This document shows, one piece after another, positions 25,707 to 26,691 of a stretch of 26,691 bases of DNA; the first letter of the stretch is position 1, and every line of letters starts with the position of its first letter. This stretch comes from a bacterium. GTDB lineage: Bacteria; Hydrothermota; Tepidihabitantia; Tepidihabitantales; Tepidihabitantaceae. The DNA lies in NCBI GenBank assembly GCA_046485285.1, contig JAWOHE010000092.1, positions 1 through 26,691 on the forward strand, in the 5' to 3' direction. The position numbers and the translations under genes are program-made. The notes beneath the pieces were generated by a model, which saw only the letters and a list, made by a program, of their open reading frames with translations, made no database searches and was not told the origin of the DNA.

Positions 25707-26165
25707 TCAGCGGGTGATGATGAGCAGGGCCTGGGCGCTGGGGCCATCGTACTTCGTGAGGCTCGCGCGGACGCGGTACAGGCCGGGACGAAGCGGGGCG
25801 CCGGTGGTCTGGCGCGCGAGTGGAATCTCGAAGGGGTAGTCCCTCCGTTCGAAGGCATCGAGCTCCAGCCGGCTGCAGGCCGGGACGCATATGCTGGGGC
25901 ACCAGACGACCGGAGTCACACCGGTCTCGTACAGGACGACCCTGACCTGGTGCCAGCAGGAGAAGTCCATCGTGACCGGGCGGGCGGTCTTGTTCCAGAC
26001 CGTCGCGGTGCAGGTCAGCGTATCGCCGACGCGCAGTTGACGCGAGTCGAGCCCGAGCGTGATGGCGAGGGGTGAGAGCGGGCTGCCGAGCAGCGAACAC
26101 CCGGCGGCGAGGAGCCCGGCCGCGGAGAGCCCGGTCCGGAGCGCCGGCAGGAGCTTCCCTTTCAT
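25707..26165 (-). CDS. Lipoprotein with BsuPI-like Ig-fold domain
   Basis: Lipobox LAAGC; TATVWNKTARPVTMDFS...LELDAFE...PLRPGLYRVRASL pattern; TTGACG-N17-TAGACT 6 nt before ATG. Confidence 0.72.
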   Translation of the reverse strand: MKGKLLPALRTGLSAAGLLAAGCSLLGSPLSPLAITLGLDSRQLRVGDTLTCTATVWNKTARPVTMDFSCWHQVRVVLYETGVTPVVWCPSICVPACSRLELDAFERRDYPFEIPLARQTTGAPLRPGLYRVRASLTKYDGPSAQALLIITR

Positions 26166-26262
26166 CGATCAAGTCTAGTTCCAGACCGGGAGGGCGTCAA
26201 GCGGACGGGAATCCGTGACGCTCCAGGTCCCCAAAATCCCCCGAAATCACCGGGCCGGTTGA

Positions 26263-26480
26263 CAGGCGGGCGGGCCGGGCGGACAGCCGGCGCAGTACGT
26301 GCTGCACCAGAACGTGCCGAACCCGTTCCGGCAGCGGACGGTGATCCGGTACGGGGTGCCGGTGCCGGCGCGGGCGAAGCTGGTGGTCCACGACCTTGCC
26401 GGCCGGGTGGTGCGGACGCTGGTGGACGACTACCAGCTGCCGGGGCGGTACGCGGTCGACTGGGACGGCCGGGACGCCGC
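26263..26480 (+). pseudogene. Orphan fragment of a FlgD-Ig/T9SS-type C-terminal sorting domain
   Basis: QYVLHQNVPNPFRQRTVIRYGVP...KLVVHDLAGRVVRTLVD...PGRYAVDWDGRDAA; no N-terminal cargo (in-frame TGA at 26260) and no final GVYF strand. Confidence 0.8.
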
Positions 26481-26502
26481 TCGACAATGCGCCGATGGAG
26501 AG

Positions 26503-26691
26503 TGGAGTGTACCCGGTCTGATGGACAGGCGGATGAACGTCTGTAACGTTAGACAGGAGGTACCGAATGGAAGCTGCGAAGCCAGCTCGCAAGAGCTACA
26601 CACGCGAGTTCAAGCGTGAGGCGGTCCGGCTGACGACCGAGGGCGGCGTGTCGGTTGCTCAGGCGGCCCGGGACCTGGGCATCAACGAGAA
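26503..26691 (+). mobile_element. Left end of an IS3-family insertion sequence (partial)
   Basis: IS3-type IRL TGGAGTGTACCCGGTCTGATGGACA starting 5'-TG, followed by orfA; right end outside the window. Confidence 0.85.
26567..26691 (+). CDS. IS3 family transposase OrfA (HTH_Tnp_1), partial
   Basis: AGGAGG RBS; MEAAKPARKSYTREFKREAVRLTTEGGVSVAQAARDLGINE; runs off the window. Confidence 0.9.
   Translation, partial: MEAAKPARKSYTREFKREAVRLTTEGGVSVAQAARDLGINE

Noticed and set aside
1-26691. tRNA (including tRNA-Sec), rRNA, selA/selB/selD, known riboswitches, defence systems
   Set aside because: None recognisable by eye; a covariance-model scan (Infernal/Rfam, tRNAscan-SE) would be needed to exclude divergent RNAs.

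Overview
High-GC bacterial chromosomal window, genetic code 11 (TGA is an ordinary stop in many genes). The many secreted proteins with C-terminal FlgD/T9SS-type domains and the tandem PPIase cluster suggest an FCB-associated lineage such as candidate phylum WOR-3 (inference only). Contents, left to right: (1) a gingipain-like C25 peptidase coupled to a secreted beta-propeller protein; (2) a 12-bp tandem-repeat array, an XRE-HTH pseudogene and a nested REP cluster; (3) a beta-propeller lipoprotein and a gamma-carbonic-anhydrase-family gene; (4) a DOMON protein and three PpiC/SurA foldases; (5) two small paralogous exported proteins behind a sigma54-type promoter; (6) a secreted FG-GAP protein; (7) GT2, a flippase-like gene and hisC; (8) a minus-strand tal-tkt-aminotransferase-hypothetical-FGE run; (9) TM2, DUF4126 and hypothetical genes; (10) an orphan C-terminal-domain fragment and the left end of an IS3 element. 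Headline observation: the FG-GAP gene (12764-13981), which the ORF track splits in two, has an in-frame TGA followed directly by a Cys codon and a hairpin that closely resembles the E. coli fdhF SECIS. It is a candidate secreted selenoprotein with a vicinal Sec-Cys motif on a beta-propeller scaffold. No sel machinery genes are in the window, so this is unconfirmed.
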